This document shows positions 1 to 10,131 of a DNA stretch of 64,000 bases, piece after piece. The notes beneath the pieces were generated by a model that was given only the letters and a program-made list of their open reading frames with translations, was not told the origin of the DNA and made no database searches. This DNA comes from Coraliomargaritaceae bacterium (GTDB lineage Bacteria; Verrucomicrobiota; Verrucomicrobiia; Opitutales; Coraliomargaritaceae): the NCBI GenBank assembly GCA_965656495.1, contig CBFHKU010000010.1, positions 1 to 64,000 of the forward strand. Reading direction: 5' to 3'. Each line of letters starts with the position of its first letter. The stretch's first letter is position 1. Made by a program: the position numbers and the translations under genes.

Positions 1-37
1 CCACCGGCGTTGAGTTCGGGAAGGATTTGGATGATTT

Positions 38-772
38 TCACGGGCGGTCAATTTTCCTCCGAAGAAGGGATGTACTGGGAAGGGCGGCGAGGAGGCCGAT
101 GGTGAAGCCCATCAGGAGGTCGGAGGGGTAGTGTTGGTTGAGGTGGGCGCGGGAGAGGCTGATGGCGGAGGCGCCGAGCAGGGCGGGTGCGCCGACGAGG
201 GGGTGAAAGCTGAAGACGGGAGTCGCAACGGCGAAGGAGGCGGAGGTGTGTCCGGAGGGGAAGCTGTGGTATTTAGGGCTGAGGTTGGGGCCGGTAAAGT
301 GGTCGGGGGCTTGAATATTTTCAGCATGGATGGGGCGGATTCGTCCGAAGGCGATTTTGCTGGTGCGGGTGACGAGGGTGCTGAAGAGGAAAGCGGCGAG
401 GAGGCAATAAGTGACGAGTTGGAGGCGCCGGAGGCGGAGGCATTTGCTGAGGATGAGGCTCCCGAACAGGAGGAGGAGGGGGAAGGCATATTCACCGCCC
501 CAGGAGAGCCATTTTGCGGTGGCGGTCCATTGCTCGGGCGGCAGGAGTGCGCGCAGGCCGTCGTTGAAGCCGGCTTCGATGGGTCGAATGAGAAAGATGG
601 AGAGGATGCAGGCGAAGGCGGTGACTGCGAGCAGGGTGTATTTGCGTGCGGCATACCAAAGCCAATGATAGGCAAGGACGCTTTTGAAGGTTGCCCAAGG
701 TCCCATTTGCGGGCTTTGCGAGCGGATCTCGGTGCGGAGGGTGTCCAGTTTTTCCCGCTTGTTGTGGTGCAT
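38..772 (-). CDS. PAP2-family membrane phosphatase
   Basis: Motifs KIAFGRIRP, SFPSGH and SRAHLNQHYPSD, plus TM helices. ATG at 772 preferred over the GTG at 841. Confidence 0.85.
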   Translation of the reverse strand: MHHNKREKLDTLRTEIRSQSPQMGPWATFKSVLAYHWLWYAARKYTLLAVTAFACILSIFLIRPIEAGFNDGLRALLPPEQWTATAKWLSWGGEYAFPLLLLFGSLILSKCLRLRRLQLVTYCLLAAFLFSTLVTRTSKIAFGRIRPIHAENIQAPDHFTGPNLSPKYHSFPSGHTSASFAVATPVFSFHPLVGAPALLGASAISLSRAHLNQHYPSDLLMGFTIGLLAALPSTSLLRRKIDRP

Positions 773-837
773 GGTTAAATTTTTCTTTTTGAGCTTTAGA
801 GGTTTTTGACGGGCGGGTGCAGAATTGCAATCTTGCA

Positions 838-1224
838 TCACCAGATAACGGGAACGGGGTATGATTGGATGCGGGAATCGGGGGTGACGAGTTTCATGCC
901 GTGGCAGAGGGCTGCCGAGATGAGGATTCGGTCAAAGGGATCGCGATGGTGGTCGGGTAATTTTGCAAGGTGCCAGATCTCGGCATCGCGAAGGGTCTGG
1001 TAGGCAACCTCGTGCTTTTGGAGGCCTTCGCGAATCATTTCAGCAGGGTCTTTTTTAAGGTGAAGTTTCCCGGTCTGGTGTTTGAGCTGGATTTCCCAGG
1101 CAGAGGCCTGATGCAGGACGATTTCATTGCCGCGGTCTTCGAGCTTTTCGCGGGCGACCGGACTCAGATGTTCCACGGAATCGATCATCCATAGAAAGGT
1201 GCAGGTATCGAGGAGGAGTTTCAT
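838..1224 (-). CDS. vapC: PIN-domain toxin (VapC family)
   Basis: LLLDTC N-terminus, SAWEI, HRDPFDR and LVTPD PIN motifs; downstream of a Phd-type antitoxin. Confidence 0.92.
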   Translation of the reverse strand: MKLLLDTCTFLWMIDSVEHLSPVAREKLEDRGNEIVLHQASAWEIQLKHQTGKLHLKKDPAEMIREGLQKHEVAYQTLRDAEIWHLAKLPDHHRDPFDRILISAALCHGMKLVTPDSRIQSYPVPVIW

Positions 1225-1242
1225 CGCTTGCGGGGGAAGGGA

Positions 1243-1503
1243 TCAATCTCCGGAGGCGGTGAATTTGCTGTCGAGGAAATCCTTTTCGAGGTCGGCGTCG
1301 GCTTCGAAAAATGAATCCTCCAGGCGGACTGTGCCCTTGAGTTGACCAAGTTTGCGTTTTTTATGAACTGCGGGTTTGCTCAGAGGGCGAATTTCGGCAA
1401 AAGGTTTGTTGCGATCGCAGAGAATAATGGTTTCGCCGGCTTTAACAAGGGCTGCATAGCGGGATAAATGCGTCTTGGCTTCGTTGATGTTGCATCGAGT
1501 CAT
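1243..1503 (-). CDS. vapB: Phd/YefM-family antitoxin
   Basis: MTRCNINEAKTHLSRY...GETIILCDRNKPFAEI is a Phd-type N-terminus; ATG at 1503, 86 aa. Confidence 0.88.
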   Translation of the reverse strand: MTRCNINEAKTHLSRYAALVKAGETIILCDRNKPFAEIRPLSKPAVHKKRKLGQLKGTVRLEDSFFEADADLEKDFLDSKFTASGD

Positions 1504-1539
1504 GTTAGCATAATATGACCAAGTATATGACCATGTCAA
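1504..1539 (-). promoter_or_regulatory. sigma70-type promoter of vapBC-1 with direct-repeat operator
   Basis: Minus strand TTGACA-N18-TATTAT-N6-ATG; ATATGACCA repeated at 1513-1521 and 1525-1533. Confidence 0.65.
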
Positions 1540-1639
1540 TCTTCGTTCACCTTGCGCTTGGGCATCGCATTCGGATATAGGCTTGTTGCTGGCTTGACTG
1601 AAGGTGTGGGCCTGTCTTTTTGAGGAGAGAAATTTTCTT

Positions 1640-2911
1640 ATGATTGACATCAAGTTACTCCGCGAGGACACGGATCGCGTCCGTTCTGCCATTGCCACCA
1701 AGAAGTTCCGTTGTGATCTTGACGCGGTCTTGGACTTGGACGCGGCGCGGCGTTTCAAGATAACGGAAGCGGAGGCGGCGCGGGCAGCGCAAAAAGCGGC
1801 GAACACCGAGATGGCGGCGCTGGCAAAGGGATCGCCGGAATTTCTGGAAAAGGTGAAGGAAATGAAGGGCATCGCGGCGGAAGCGAAGGAATTGGAGGCG
1901 GCGGCGAAGGCGGCGGACGAGGCCTTTCAGGAAGCGTTTCTGGGAATCCCGAATTTACCGGACCCGAGTGTTCCGGTGGGTAAGGGCGAGGAGGAGAATG
2001 TGGTGGCATCGACCTGGGGTGACGCGGAGAGTGCGTTTCCGTATGCGTTGCCGCATTTTGAGATTCCATGGTTTGAGTCGCGGATTGATTTTGCGCGGGG
2101 CGTGAAAGCCACGGGGGCGGGTTTCCCGTTTTATGTGGGTGAAATGTCGCGTCTGGTGCGCGCTTTGGTGAACTTTTTCCTGCAGGAGGCGCAGGCGAAT
2201 GGCTACGAGGAGGTGCTTCCCCCGATTGTGGTGAATGCCGAGAGCGCCACCGCGACGGGTCAGTTGCCCGACAAGGAGGGGCAAATGTATGTGGACGAGA
2301 ACGAGGGGCTGTATTTGATCCCCACTGCGGAGGTTCCGGTCACCAATTTTTATCGCGACGAGATATTGGAGGCGGAGCAGCTTCCGATTTACCGCTGTGC
2401 CTACACGCCGTGTTTTCGGCGTGAGGCGGGGAGTTGGGGTGCGCACGTGCGTGGACTCAATCGCTTGCACCAGTTTGACAAGGTGGAACTGGTGAAATGG
2501 ACGGATGCGGAGAGCAGTATGGAGGAGTTGGAAAAGCTGCGGGAAAATGTAGAGGGTACGCTGCAAAAGCTGGGATTGCCGTATCGGGTGCTGCGCATGT
2601 GCACCGGTGACATTGGTTTCCCGCATGCCAAGCAATACGACCTCGAGGTTTTTGCGGCGGGCCAAAAACGTTGGCTGGAGGTTTCCAGTTGTTCGAATTT
2701 TACGGATTTTCAAGCGCGGCGGGCGGGTATTCGTTACCGCGATGGGAACGGGAAACCGGTGACGGCGCATACCTTGAATGGTTCGGGTCTGGCGGTTCCG
2801 CGCGTGCTGGCGGCGATTCTGGAAAACAACCTGCAGGCGGACGGACGGGTGAAAGTGCCGGATTGCCTGCAGTATTGGATGCAGCAGGAATTTGTGGGCG
2901 AGGCTCGCTGA
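1640..2911 (+). CDS. serS: seryl-tRNA synthetase
   Basis: MIDIKLLR start, LIPTAEVP, CFRREAGS, RLHQFDKVEL, EVSSCSN, HTLNGSGLA. Confidence 0.98.
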   Translation: MIDIKLLREDTDRVRSAIATKKFRCDLDAVLDLDAARRFKITEAEAARAAQKAANTEMAALAKGSPEFLEKVKEMKGIAAEAKELEAAAKAADEAFQEAFLGIPNLPDPSVPVGKGEEENVVASTWGDAESAFPYALPHFEIPWFESRIDFARGVKATGAGFPFYVGEMSRLVRALVNFFLQEAQANGYEEVLPPIVVNAESATATGQLPDKEGQMYVDENEGLYLIPTAEVPVTNFYRDEILEAEQLPIYRCAYTPCFRREAGSWGAHVRGLNRLHQFDKVELVKWTDAESSMEELEKLRENVEGTLQKLGLPYRVLRMCTGDIGFPHAKQYDLEVFAAGQKRWLEVSSCSNFTDFQARRAGIRYRDGNGKPVTAHTLNGSGLAVPRVLAAILENNLQADGRVKVPDCLQYWMQQEFVGEAR

Positions 2912-2955
2912 GGGCTGGCGTTTCCCCGGTGAATCGATGCTGCCGGGGCTTTGCC

Positions 2956-2980
2956 TTGACAATCAACTAGTTGACTAGTT
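2956..2980 (+). promoter_or_regulatory. putative promoter/operator of vapBC-2
   Basis: TTGACA at 2956, followed by tandem ACTAGT palindromes (AACTAGTT GACTAGTT, 2965-2980). Confidence 0.5.
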
Positions 2981-2990
2981 TGTTTGAGGG

Positions 2991-3275
2991 ATGGAGGAAA
3001 TTGGAATATTCGAAGCCAAGACAAAATTGTCGGAATTGTGCAAGCGGGTGGCAGAGGAAGGTGCGAGTTACGTGATCACGCGACGCGGGCTACCGGTGGC
3101 GCGGATTGTGGGTGCGACGGATGCCGGGTCTGAGGGGCCGGGGATTTTGAGGCGGATGGCTGCTACGGAGGCGGAGTTGGGTAAGGTTGGGGAGGGTTAC
3201 AACGCGGTAGAATTACCATCGGTTTGGGAGGCGCGTCGCAGCGGCAAGGTGGATCCTTTGTCGGGAGCGGAGTAA
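2991..3275 (+). CDS. vapB: Phd/YefM-family antitoxin
   Basis: IGIFEAKTKLSEL...VITRRGLPVARIV. Confidence 0.88.
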   Translation: MEEIGIFEAKTKLSELCKRVAEEGASYVITRRGLPVARIVGATDAGSEGPGILRRMAATEAELGKVGEGYNAVELPSVWEARRSGKVDPLSGAE

Positions 3276-3289
3276 ATTCAGTTTCTGTG

Positions 3290-3694
3290 ATGGCCTACCT
3301 ACTTGATACCAGCATTTGCTCGCAACCGCTGAAACGGCAACCTCATCCGGGTGTTTTGGAACGCTGGGACGGGCTGTTGAATGGTGAAGTGTTCACCGCC
3401 CGGGTATGCTTAGCTGAGATTGAATGGGGTTTGCACAAGCTCGGCAACGCGCGTCTTTGGTCGGGTTACCGCCGCGATGTGTTACCCTCGCTCCGCGTGG
3501 TAGCGACGGGTTCGGGTGTTTGGCAGGAATGGTCGCGGATGAAGGCACGGCAAGAGGCAAGTGGTCGCCGGGTGGACGATTTGGATTTATTGATCGCGGC
3601 CAGTGCATCGTGGCAGGGCTTGACTTTAGCGACGCTTAACGCGCGGCATTTTTCCCTGATTGAGGGCTTGAATTGGGAGGATTGGTCAGGTTGA
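3290..3694 (+). CDS. vapC: PIN-domain toxin (VapC family)
   Basis: YLLDTS, AEIEWG, DLDLLIAA, LATLNARHFSLIEGL; ATG at 3290. Confidence 0.9.
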   Translation: MAYLLDTSICSQPLKRQPHPGVLERWDGLLNGEVFTARVCLAEIEWGLHKLGNARLWSGYRRDVLPSLRVVATGSGVWQEWSRMKARQEASGRRVDDLDLLIAASASWQGLTLATLNARHFSLIEGLNWEDWSG

Positions 3695-3749
3695 GCGGGG
3701 ACGCGCATAAGCTTGCTTTTTATTTGGACAACAGAATCGTGGGGTAAGG

Positions 3750-4004
3750 ATGGAATTATTATTTGAGCAACTGCAGTCGGGCGACTGGCTGACCTGGGGG
3801 GGGCTGGTGTTGGTGGCGCTGCTGTTGCTGGTTTTTTGCGTAAAATTCATCATCAAGCTCGGGAAGTTGTTCTTCATCCTTCTCTTGCTAGGCGGCTTGG
3901 GCTATGGATTGGCGCTGCTTTTCCCGGAACAGGCGGCTCCGGTCTTGGAGCAGCTGAGGGGATTTTTGCCGGGAATGGAGGAAAGCGCGGATAGTCTGGA
4001 ATAG
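3750..4004 (+). CDS. small two-TM membrane protein
   Basis: Two hydrophobic helices; fills the gap between vapC and proS. Confidence 0.65.
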   Translation: MELLFEQLQSGDWLTWGGLVLVALLLLVFCVKFIIKLGKLFFILLLLGGLGYGLALLFPEQAAPVLEQLRGFLPGMEESADSLE

Positions 4005-4069
4005 TGCGATGTGCGCGAGGGCGTAATTTGGCATTGCAGGCGAGGGCGCATCTCTGTTCGTTGATGCCT

Positions 4070-5590
4070 ATGGCGAAGCAGTCTAAAAATGCAATTTCCC
4101 CCACCCGCGAGGAGGATTACCCCGAGTGGTATCAACAGGTCGTAAAAGCGGCTGATTTGGCAGAGACCTCGCCGGTGCGCGGTTGTATGGTCATCAAGCC
4201 CTGGGGTTATGCCATCTGGGAGAACATTCAACGGGAGTTGGATCGACGTTTTAAGGCGACGGGTCACAAGAATGCCTACTTCCCGCTCTTCATCCCCATG
4301 AGTTTTTTGCAGAAGGAGGCCGAGCATGTGGATGGATTCGCGAAGGAATGTGCGGTGGTTACGCATTCCCGCCTGGAGGCCGACGCGGAAGGCAAGCTGC
4401 AACCTGCCGGACCCTTGGAGGAACCGCTCATCGTGCGCCCGACTTCCGAGACCATCATCGGTGAACTGTTTTCCAAATGGGTGCAGTCCTACCGCGACCT
4501 ACCGCTCTTGATTAACCAATGGGCCAATGTGGTGCGCTGGGAAATGCGGACGCGTCTGTTTTTGCGAACTGCGGAATTTCTCTGGCAGGAGGGGCACACC
4601 GTGCACACCACCGCGGAGGAGGCGATGGAGGAGACGCGCAAGATGTTGGAGGTCTATGCCGACTTTGCGGAGACTTACATGGCGGTTCCCGTGATCACCG
4701 GCGAGAAGACCGAAGCGGAGCGTTTCCCGGGAGCGGATGCGACTTTTGCGATTGAGGCGATGATGCAGGATCGCAAGGCCTTACAGGCGGGCACCTCGCA
4801 TTTCCTCGGGCAGAATTTTTCAAAATCGAGCAATATAAAATATCTCAGTGCGGAAGGCCGCGAGGAATTTGCATGGACGACTTCATGGGGCGTTTCCACG
4901 CGATTGGTAGGGGGGCTCATCATGACGCATTCGGATGATGACGGGCTGGTTCTACCGCCGCGCATTGCGCCTTCACACATCGTGATTTTGCCGGTTATTC
5001 CGAAAGAGGAAACACGGGAGGCGGTGTTGGAGTATTGCCAGACACTCAAAGCCGCGCTCGAGGAGCAGCGCTATCTTGAAGATTACGTGCGGGTGGAATT
5101 GGACGACCGCGACATACGCGGCGGCGAGAAGACCTGGGGTTGGGTGAAGAAAGGTATTCCCCTGCGAGTCGAGGTCGGTCCGCGTGATATGGAATCCGGC
5201 AGTGTTTTTGTGGCACGCCGCGACCGTGCGCCCAAAGAAAAGGAGTCGATTTCCCGCGATGCCTTTGTCGCAGGAATCATTGAACTTTTGGAGGATATTC
5301 AGGGCAATCTGCTCACACGGGCGAAGGCCTTCCGCGAGTCTCATACTCGTGAATTAAAAACGGAGGCTGAATTTATCGAGTTCTTTACACCTAAAAATGC
5401 AGAACAACCGGAAATTCATGGCGGCTTTGCCTCGGTAGGGTTTTGCTGCGAGGCGGAACTCGAGGATCGCATTGCAAAAGAACACAAGGTCACGGTTCGG
5501 TGTATTCCGAACGATACCCGAGATGCGAGCATCCCCTGTATTTTTACAGGAAAACCGGGTAAACGCGTAATTTTCGCAAAAAGCTACTAG
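4070..5590 (+). CDS. proS: prolyl-tRNA synthetase (archaeal/eukaryote-like type)
   Basis: VRPTSET, QWANVVRWE, FLRTAEFLWQEGHT, QAGTSHFLGQNF and C-terminal FAKSY. Confidence 0.97.
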   Translation: MAKQSKNAISPTREEDYPEWYQQVVKAADLAETSPVRGCMVIKPWGYAIWENIQRELDRRFKATGHKNAYFPLFIPMSFLQKEAEHVDGFAKECAVVTHSRLEADAEGKLQPAGPLEEPLIVRPTSETIIGELFSKWVQSYRDLPLLINQWANVVRWEMRTRLFLRTAEFLWQEGHTVHTTAEEAMEETRKMLEVYADFAETYMAVPVITGEKTEAERFPGADATFAIEAMMQDRKALQAGTSHFLGQNFSKSSNIKYLSAEGREEFAWTTSWGVSTRLVGGLIMTHSDDDGLVLPPRIAPSHIVILPVIPKEETREAVLEYCQTLKAALEEQRYLEDYVRVELDDRDIRGGEKTWGWVKKGIPLRVEVGPRDMESGSVFVARRDRAPKEKESISRDAFVAGIIELLEDIQGNLLTRAKAFRESHTRELKTEAEFIEFFTPKNAEQPEIHGGFASVGFCCEAELEDRIAKEHKVTVRCIPNDTRDASIPCIFTGKPGKRVIFAKSY

Positions 5591-5653
5591 GCTGCCACGG
5601 CACAAAGAGGAAGTGTGCTTGCGAAAAACTGTAAGTTAACGTATTCATTTCGT

Positions 5654-6172
5654 ATGCGTTTACTACAATTACCTATACTTATTTTAACAATGTCACTTCT
5701 CTCTGCATTATCTGCTTCCGCTCAAGGTTTGGAATTGGGCGCGAGCGTACCTGCGCTCAGCGTAACCGATGATACTGGGCAAAGCATTGATTTTGGCGCG
5801 GAACTCGCGAAGGGCACCACCGTCGTATTCTTCTATCCCATGGCCAGCACACCCGGTTGCACCAAGCAGGCCTGCAGTCTGGGTGCCGGTTTTCTGGAAT
5901 TGCGTCAACGCGGGGTTAAGGTGTTTGGGGTTTCAGGCGACGGGGTTGATTCACAGCGCAAGTTTCGAGAAAAACACTCTCTGCCCTTTCCTTTGATTGC
6001 AGACAAGGATTTGCGCGTAAACAAGGCCTTCGGGAAGAAACGTTTTGCGCGACAGGCTTATATTTTCAAGGACGGCAAACTCGTCTGGCGCGACCTCAGT
6101 GCTTCCACTGGAAGTCAATTTCAGGATATTGTGCAAGCACTGGACACGCTCAAGATCGGTAACAAATCTTAA
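5654..6172 (+). CDS. peroxiredoxin BCP/PrxQ with signal peptide
   Basis: FFYPMASTPGCTKQAC motif; hydrophobic N-terminus. Confidence 0.85.
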   Translation: MRLLQLPILILTMSLLSALSASAQGLELGASVPALSVTDDTGQSIDFGAELAKGTTVVFFYPMASTPGCTKQACSLGAGFLELRQRGVKVFGVSGDGVDSQRKFREKHSLPFPLIADKDLRVNKAFGKKRFARQAYIFKDGKLVWRDLSASTGSQFQDIVQALDTLKIGNKS

Positions 6173-6258
6173 TGCTCAGCTGCGTTTGACTGATCTGGAG
6201 GGGCTTTTGACACGCCTTTAGCCTTGCTTTAGGCAATTCTCCGTATTCTCCTGCAGGC

Positions 6259-7617
6259 ATGAAAATTTGTTGTATAGGCGCAGGCTATGTTGGTGGTCCA
6301 ACCATGGCCATGATCGCGCACAAGTGCGAGGAGCACACTGTCACGGTTGTTGACATCAACGAAGCGCGCATTGCGGCTTGGAATTCTGATGAGTTGCCGA
6401 TTTACGAGCCCGGGTTGGACGAGGTTGTGAAAGCGGCGCGGGGTAAACGATTGTTTTTTTCCACCGATATCGATACCGCTATTCGTGAAGCCGATATGAT
6501 TTTTATGTCGGTGAATACGCCGACCAAGACCTATGGTGCTGGCGCGGGACGGGCAGCAGATCTTCGCTTTATTGAGAAATGTGCCCGTAAAATAGCGGAG
6601 GTTTCTGAGGGTGATAAAATCGTGGTCGAGAAATCGACGTTACCGGTTCGTACTGCCGAGTCCATTAAGACGATTCTTGAGTCCAACGCCAAGGGGCGCA
6701 ATTTCCAGATTCTCTCCAATCCGGAATTCCTCGCGGAAGGAACTGCAATCGCGGATCTCGAGAACCCCGACCGTGTTTTGGTGGGTGGAGATCCAAGTCC
6801 GGAGGGTCAGGTCGCGATACAAAAACTGGTGGATGTTTACGCTACATGGGTGCCACGCGAGAAAATCCTAACGACCAACCTCTGGTCTTCGGAACTTTCA
6901 AAGCTGACAGCAAATGCTTTTCTTGCGCAGCGTATTTCGTCGATTAACGCTATTTCCGCACTATGTGAAGCAACCGGAGCGAATGTGGATGAAGTCGCGC
7001 ACGCTATCGGAACCGACAGTCGGATCGGTCCGAAATTCCTGAAATCCTCGGTTGGGTTTGGGGGTTCTTGTTTTCAGAAGGACATTCTTAATTTGGTATA
7101 CCTCTGTGAACACTTTGGATTGCCGGAGGTTGCGGCCTATTGGAACGGTGTGATCGAGATGAACGATTACCAGAAGCACCGCTTTGGGCGCCGGGTGATT
7201 TCGACCCTCTTTAACACCGTGGCTGATAAAAAAATTGCGGTGCTTGGTTTTGCCTTTAAGAAAGACACCAATGATACCCGCGAGTCGGCGGCGATTTATG
7301 TTTGTGGTGATCTCTTGGAAGAACAGGCGAATGTTGCGATTTATGACCCCAAGGTTCCCGAGTCCCAAATCCGCGATGATCTGAACGTCAGTGCGGACTT
7401 TGGCGCCCTTACGGTTTGTGCGGATGCCTATGAGGCTTGTAAGGATGCGCATGCGGTTCTCATTTTGACCGAATGGGATGAATTCAAAGCGCTCGATTTC
7501 CAGCGCATTCACGATTCCATGCAGCAACCCGCCTTTCTGTTTGATGGTCGCAATCTCCTTGATCTCTCGGCGCTGCGCGAAGTGGGCTTTGAGGCTTGTG
7601 GCATTGGTCAGGGCTAG
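6259..7617 (+). CDS. ugd: UDP-glucose 6-dehydrogenase
   Basis: [31 protein letters not shown]. Confidence 0.96.
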   Translation: MKICCIGAGYVGGPTMAMIAHKCEEHTVTVVDINEARIAAWNSDELPIYEPGLDEVVKAARGKRLFFSTDIDTAIREADMIFMSVNTPTKTYGAGAGRAADLRFIEKCARKIAEVSEGDKIVVEKSTLPVRTAESIKTILESNAKGRNFQILSNPEFLAEGTAIADLENPDRVLVGGDPSPEGQVAIQKLVDVYATWVPREKILTTNLWSSELSKLTANAFLAQRISSINAISALCEATGANVDEVAHAIGTDSRIGPKFLKSSVGFGGSCFQKDILNLVYLCEHFGLPEVAAYWNGVIEMNDYQKHRFGRRVISTLFNTVADKKIAVLGFAFKKDTNDTRESAAIYVCGDLLEEQANVAIYDPKVPESQIRDDLNVSADFGALTVCADAYEACKDAHAVLILTEWDEFKALDFQRIHDSMQQPAFLFDGRNLLDLSALREVGFEACGIGQG

Positions 7618-7714
7618 CTTTCAGGTAAACTGCAAAACTCCCCGCTTGCCAGTTGCGTCTGGTACTCTTTGATTAATGCCACCAACGCATTAAATCACAC
7701 CTCTACCAAGACCT

Positions 7715-8914
7715 ATGATTGTTAAGCCCCGCATCCGTGGATTTGTCTGTATTACCGCTCATCCGGAAGGCTGTGCCGCCAAGGTGGCTCAGGAAATAAA
7801 CGTGGCGAAGGCCGCTACTCGCGACGCGGGAGCCCCCGGCCCGAAGCGCGTTCTCGTCATCGGTGCGTCCACTGGTTACGGACTCTCAACGCGCATCGCC
7901 GCCGCCTTTGGTCATCAGGCTTCGACTCTGGGGGTGTTTTTTGAACGCCCCTCCATGAAGGGCAAGCCCGCCAGTGCCGGTTGGTATAATTCCGTGGCTT
8001 TTGAAGCGGCTGCCCATGCGGAGGGTCTCTACGCCAAAAGCATTAACGGCGATGCTTTCTCCAAGGAAATCAAGGCGCAAACCATTGAAACTCTGAAAGC
8101 GGACCTCGGGCAGGTGGATCTGGTGGTTTACAGTCTGGCTTCACCTCGGCGCACCGACCCGGCAGATGGGGAAACCTATAAATCCTGCCTCAAACCCACC
8201 GAGGGAAGTTATAGCAATCGCAGCCTCGATACCGATAAGGCTGAAGTTACCGAGGTCACTATTGAACCGGCGACGCAGGAAGAAATTGACCACACGGTAA
8301 AAGTGATGGGCGGTGAGGATTGGGAACTATGGATTGCGGCGCTTGCGGAGGCGGGTTGTCTTGCGGAGGGAGCACAGACGGTAGCGTATTCCTATATTGG
8401 GCCTGAGCTCACCTGGCCGGTTTACACGAATGGTACCATTGGAGCCGCCAAAAAGGATGTGGAGCGCGCCGCCACCGCGATTTCAGCGAAGCATGCCTGC
8501 CAGGCGTATGTCGCGGTCAACAAGGCGGTGGTGACGCAGGCGAGTTCCGCGATCCCGGTGGTTCCGTTGTATATTTCGATACTTTTCAAAATCATGAAGG
8601 CGAAGGGCACGCACGAGGATTGCATTGAGCAAATGGTCCGCCTGCTGAACGAGCGCCTCTATCGCGCCGATGGAGCGGCGCCGGAGCTGGACGCCGCCGG
8701 TCGCATACGGGTGGATGACTGGGAGATGGATCCCGAGGTGCAGGCCGAGGTCGCGGCGCTGTGGCCGGAAATCAATACTGCCAACCTGCGCGAAAACTCC
8801 GACTTCGACGGTTACCAAGCCAACTTCCTGAATCTCTTTGGTTTTGGTTTGCCCGGCGTGGACTATGATGCCGAGACCGAGGTGGAGCTTCCGCTGCCGA
8901 GTAGCGTTCTTTAG
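7715..8914 (+). CDS. fabV: trans-2-enoyl-ACP/CoA reductase
   Basis: AHPEGC, GASTGYG, YSLASP, VMGGEDW, YTNGTIGAAK. Confidence 0.95.
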   Translation: MIVKPRIRGFVCITAHPEGCAAKVAQEINVAKAATRDAGAPGPKRVLVIGASTGYGLSTRIAAAFGHQASTLGVFFERPSMKGKPASAGWYNSVAFEAAAHAEGLYAKSINGDAFSKEIKAQTIETLKADLGQVDLVVYSLASPRRTDPADGETYKSCLKPTEGSYSNRSLDTDKAEVTEVTIEPATQEEIDHTVKVMGGEDWELWIAALAEAGCLAEGAQTVAYSYIGPELTWPVYTNGTIGAAKKDVERAATAISAKHACQAYVAVNKAVVTQASSAIPVVPLYISILFKIMKAKGTHEDCIEQMVRLLNERLYRADGAAPELDAAGRIRVDDWEMDPEVQAEVAALWPEINTANLRENSDFDGYQANFLNLFGFGLPGVDYDAETEVELPLPSSVL

Positions 8915-8928
8915 TTGAAGCCGGAGCG

Positions 8929-9504
8929 CTAGATTTCCTCTATGATGCTGTCGGCGAGGCCGTATTCAATGGCTTCCTTGGCAGTCATGTAGAAATCGCG
9001 GTCGGTGTCTTTGCGGATTTGCTCAATCGACTGACCGGAACTCTCCGCGAGGATGGCGTTGAGTTCATCGCGCAGGCGCTCCATTTCCTTTGCCTGAATA
9101 TGAATATCGACCGCGACCGCGACCATTTGCCCTGAAATGAGGGGTTGGTGAATGAGAACCCGACTGTGGGGATAGAGGACGCGCTTACCTTTGGATGCAC
9201 CACAGAGTAAGATAGAGCCCATGCTGGCAGCCATCCCGGTTACCACAACCGTAATCGGGGAGCTGATGAGCTGCATGGTATCGTAGACCGCCATCCCGGC
9301 CGTGATGGAACCACCCGGGGTGTTGATGTAGAAGGTGATCGGCTTGCCTGGAGCATCGGATTCCAGGTAGAGCAGTTTCTCAGTGATGTCTTTGGCGGAC
9401 TTGTCCGAAACTTCTCCCCAGAGGAATATTTTTCGGTCTTTAAGGAATTGATCCTGAATGCGGGCACTGGAGGATTTTTGTTTTTCTTGGTCGTTCTTGC
9501 TCAT
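8929..9504 (-). CDS. clpP: ATP-dependent Clp protease proteolytic subunit
   Basis: INTPGG, AASMG (catalytic Ser), LIHQP, DRDFYM. Confidence 0.95.
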   Translation of the reverse strand: MSKNDQEKQKSSSARIQDQFLKDRKIFLWGEVSDKSAKDITEKLLYLESDAPGKPITFYINTPGGSITAGMAVYDTMQLISSPITVVVTGMAASMGSILLCGASKGKRVLYPHSRVLIHQPLISGQMVAVAVDIHIQAKEMERLRDELNAILAESSGQSIEQIRKDTDRDFYMTAKEAIEYGLADSIIEEI

Positions 9505-9554
9505 GAAGTGTACGTGTTGAAGTTGAGATTTTAAAATGGCTGTAGGAAAATTAA

Positions 9555-10001
9555 TTAGGCTTCAATTTTTTCGACGCGGCGTTGGTGGCGTCCGCCCATT
9601 TCGGCGGTTGCCTCAAGCCAAATACGGACAATTTTGAGGGCCAACGCTTCGGGGACCGGTCGCGCACCAATGGAAATGCAGTTGGCGTGGTTGTGAACCT
9701 TTGTCATTTCAGCAGACCATTCATCCCAACAAAGGCCGCAGCGCACACCGGGCACTTTGTTCGCGACAATCGCCTCGCCGTTACCGCTTCCGCCCAGGAC
9801 GATTGCGCAATCCGCTTTTCCCTGCGGGACGGATTCAGCGGCAGGGCGGATAAAATCGGGGTAATCGCAGGCATCGGAGCTATTGCATCCAAAATCGAGC
9901 ACGGAATGCCCCATGGATTCCAATAGATCGATAATGGGTTGTTTGAGGGGGAAGCCCGCGTGGTCGGTGCCGATGGCAACAGTAAGGGAAGAGTGATTCA
10001 T
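9555..10001 (-). CDS. rpiB: ribose-5-phosphate isomerase B
   Basis: GTDHAG, DYPDF, GGSGNGE, ANKVPGVR, GGRHQRR. Confidence 0.93.
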   Translation of the reverse strand: MNHSSLTVAIGTDHAGFPLKQPIIDLLESMGHSVLDFGCNSSDACDYPDFIRPAAESVPQGKADCAIVLGGSGNGEAIVANKVPGVRCGLCWDEWSAEMTKVHNHANCISIGARPVPEALALKIVRIWLEATAEMGGRHQRRVEKIEA

Positions 10002-10131
10002 ACGGCTTTAATGAAATAGCGGGTATGGCTTAGCGCAACCCGTAAGCGGGAGAAATTAAAAAAAGCTTGCGCTTGGGCCAGATAAGCTGTGTTTTTCGCG
10101 GTTTTCCTGAAACAACAAAATTTTTAAAACC

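Noticed and set aside
112..778. Ser/Pro-rich and Glu/Gly-rich ORFs over the PAP2 gene
   Set aside because: Alternate-frame or antisense artefacts of strongly skewed GC-rich DNA.
1955..2962. 335-aa minus-strand ORF
   Set aside because: Antisense to serS.
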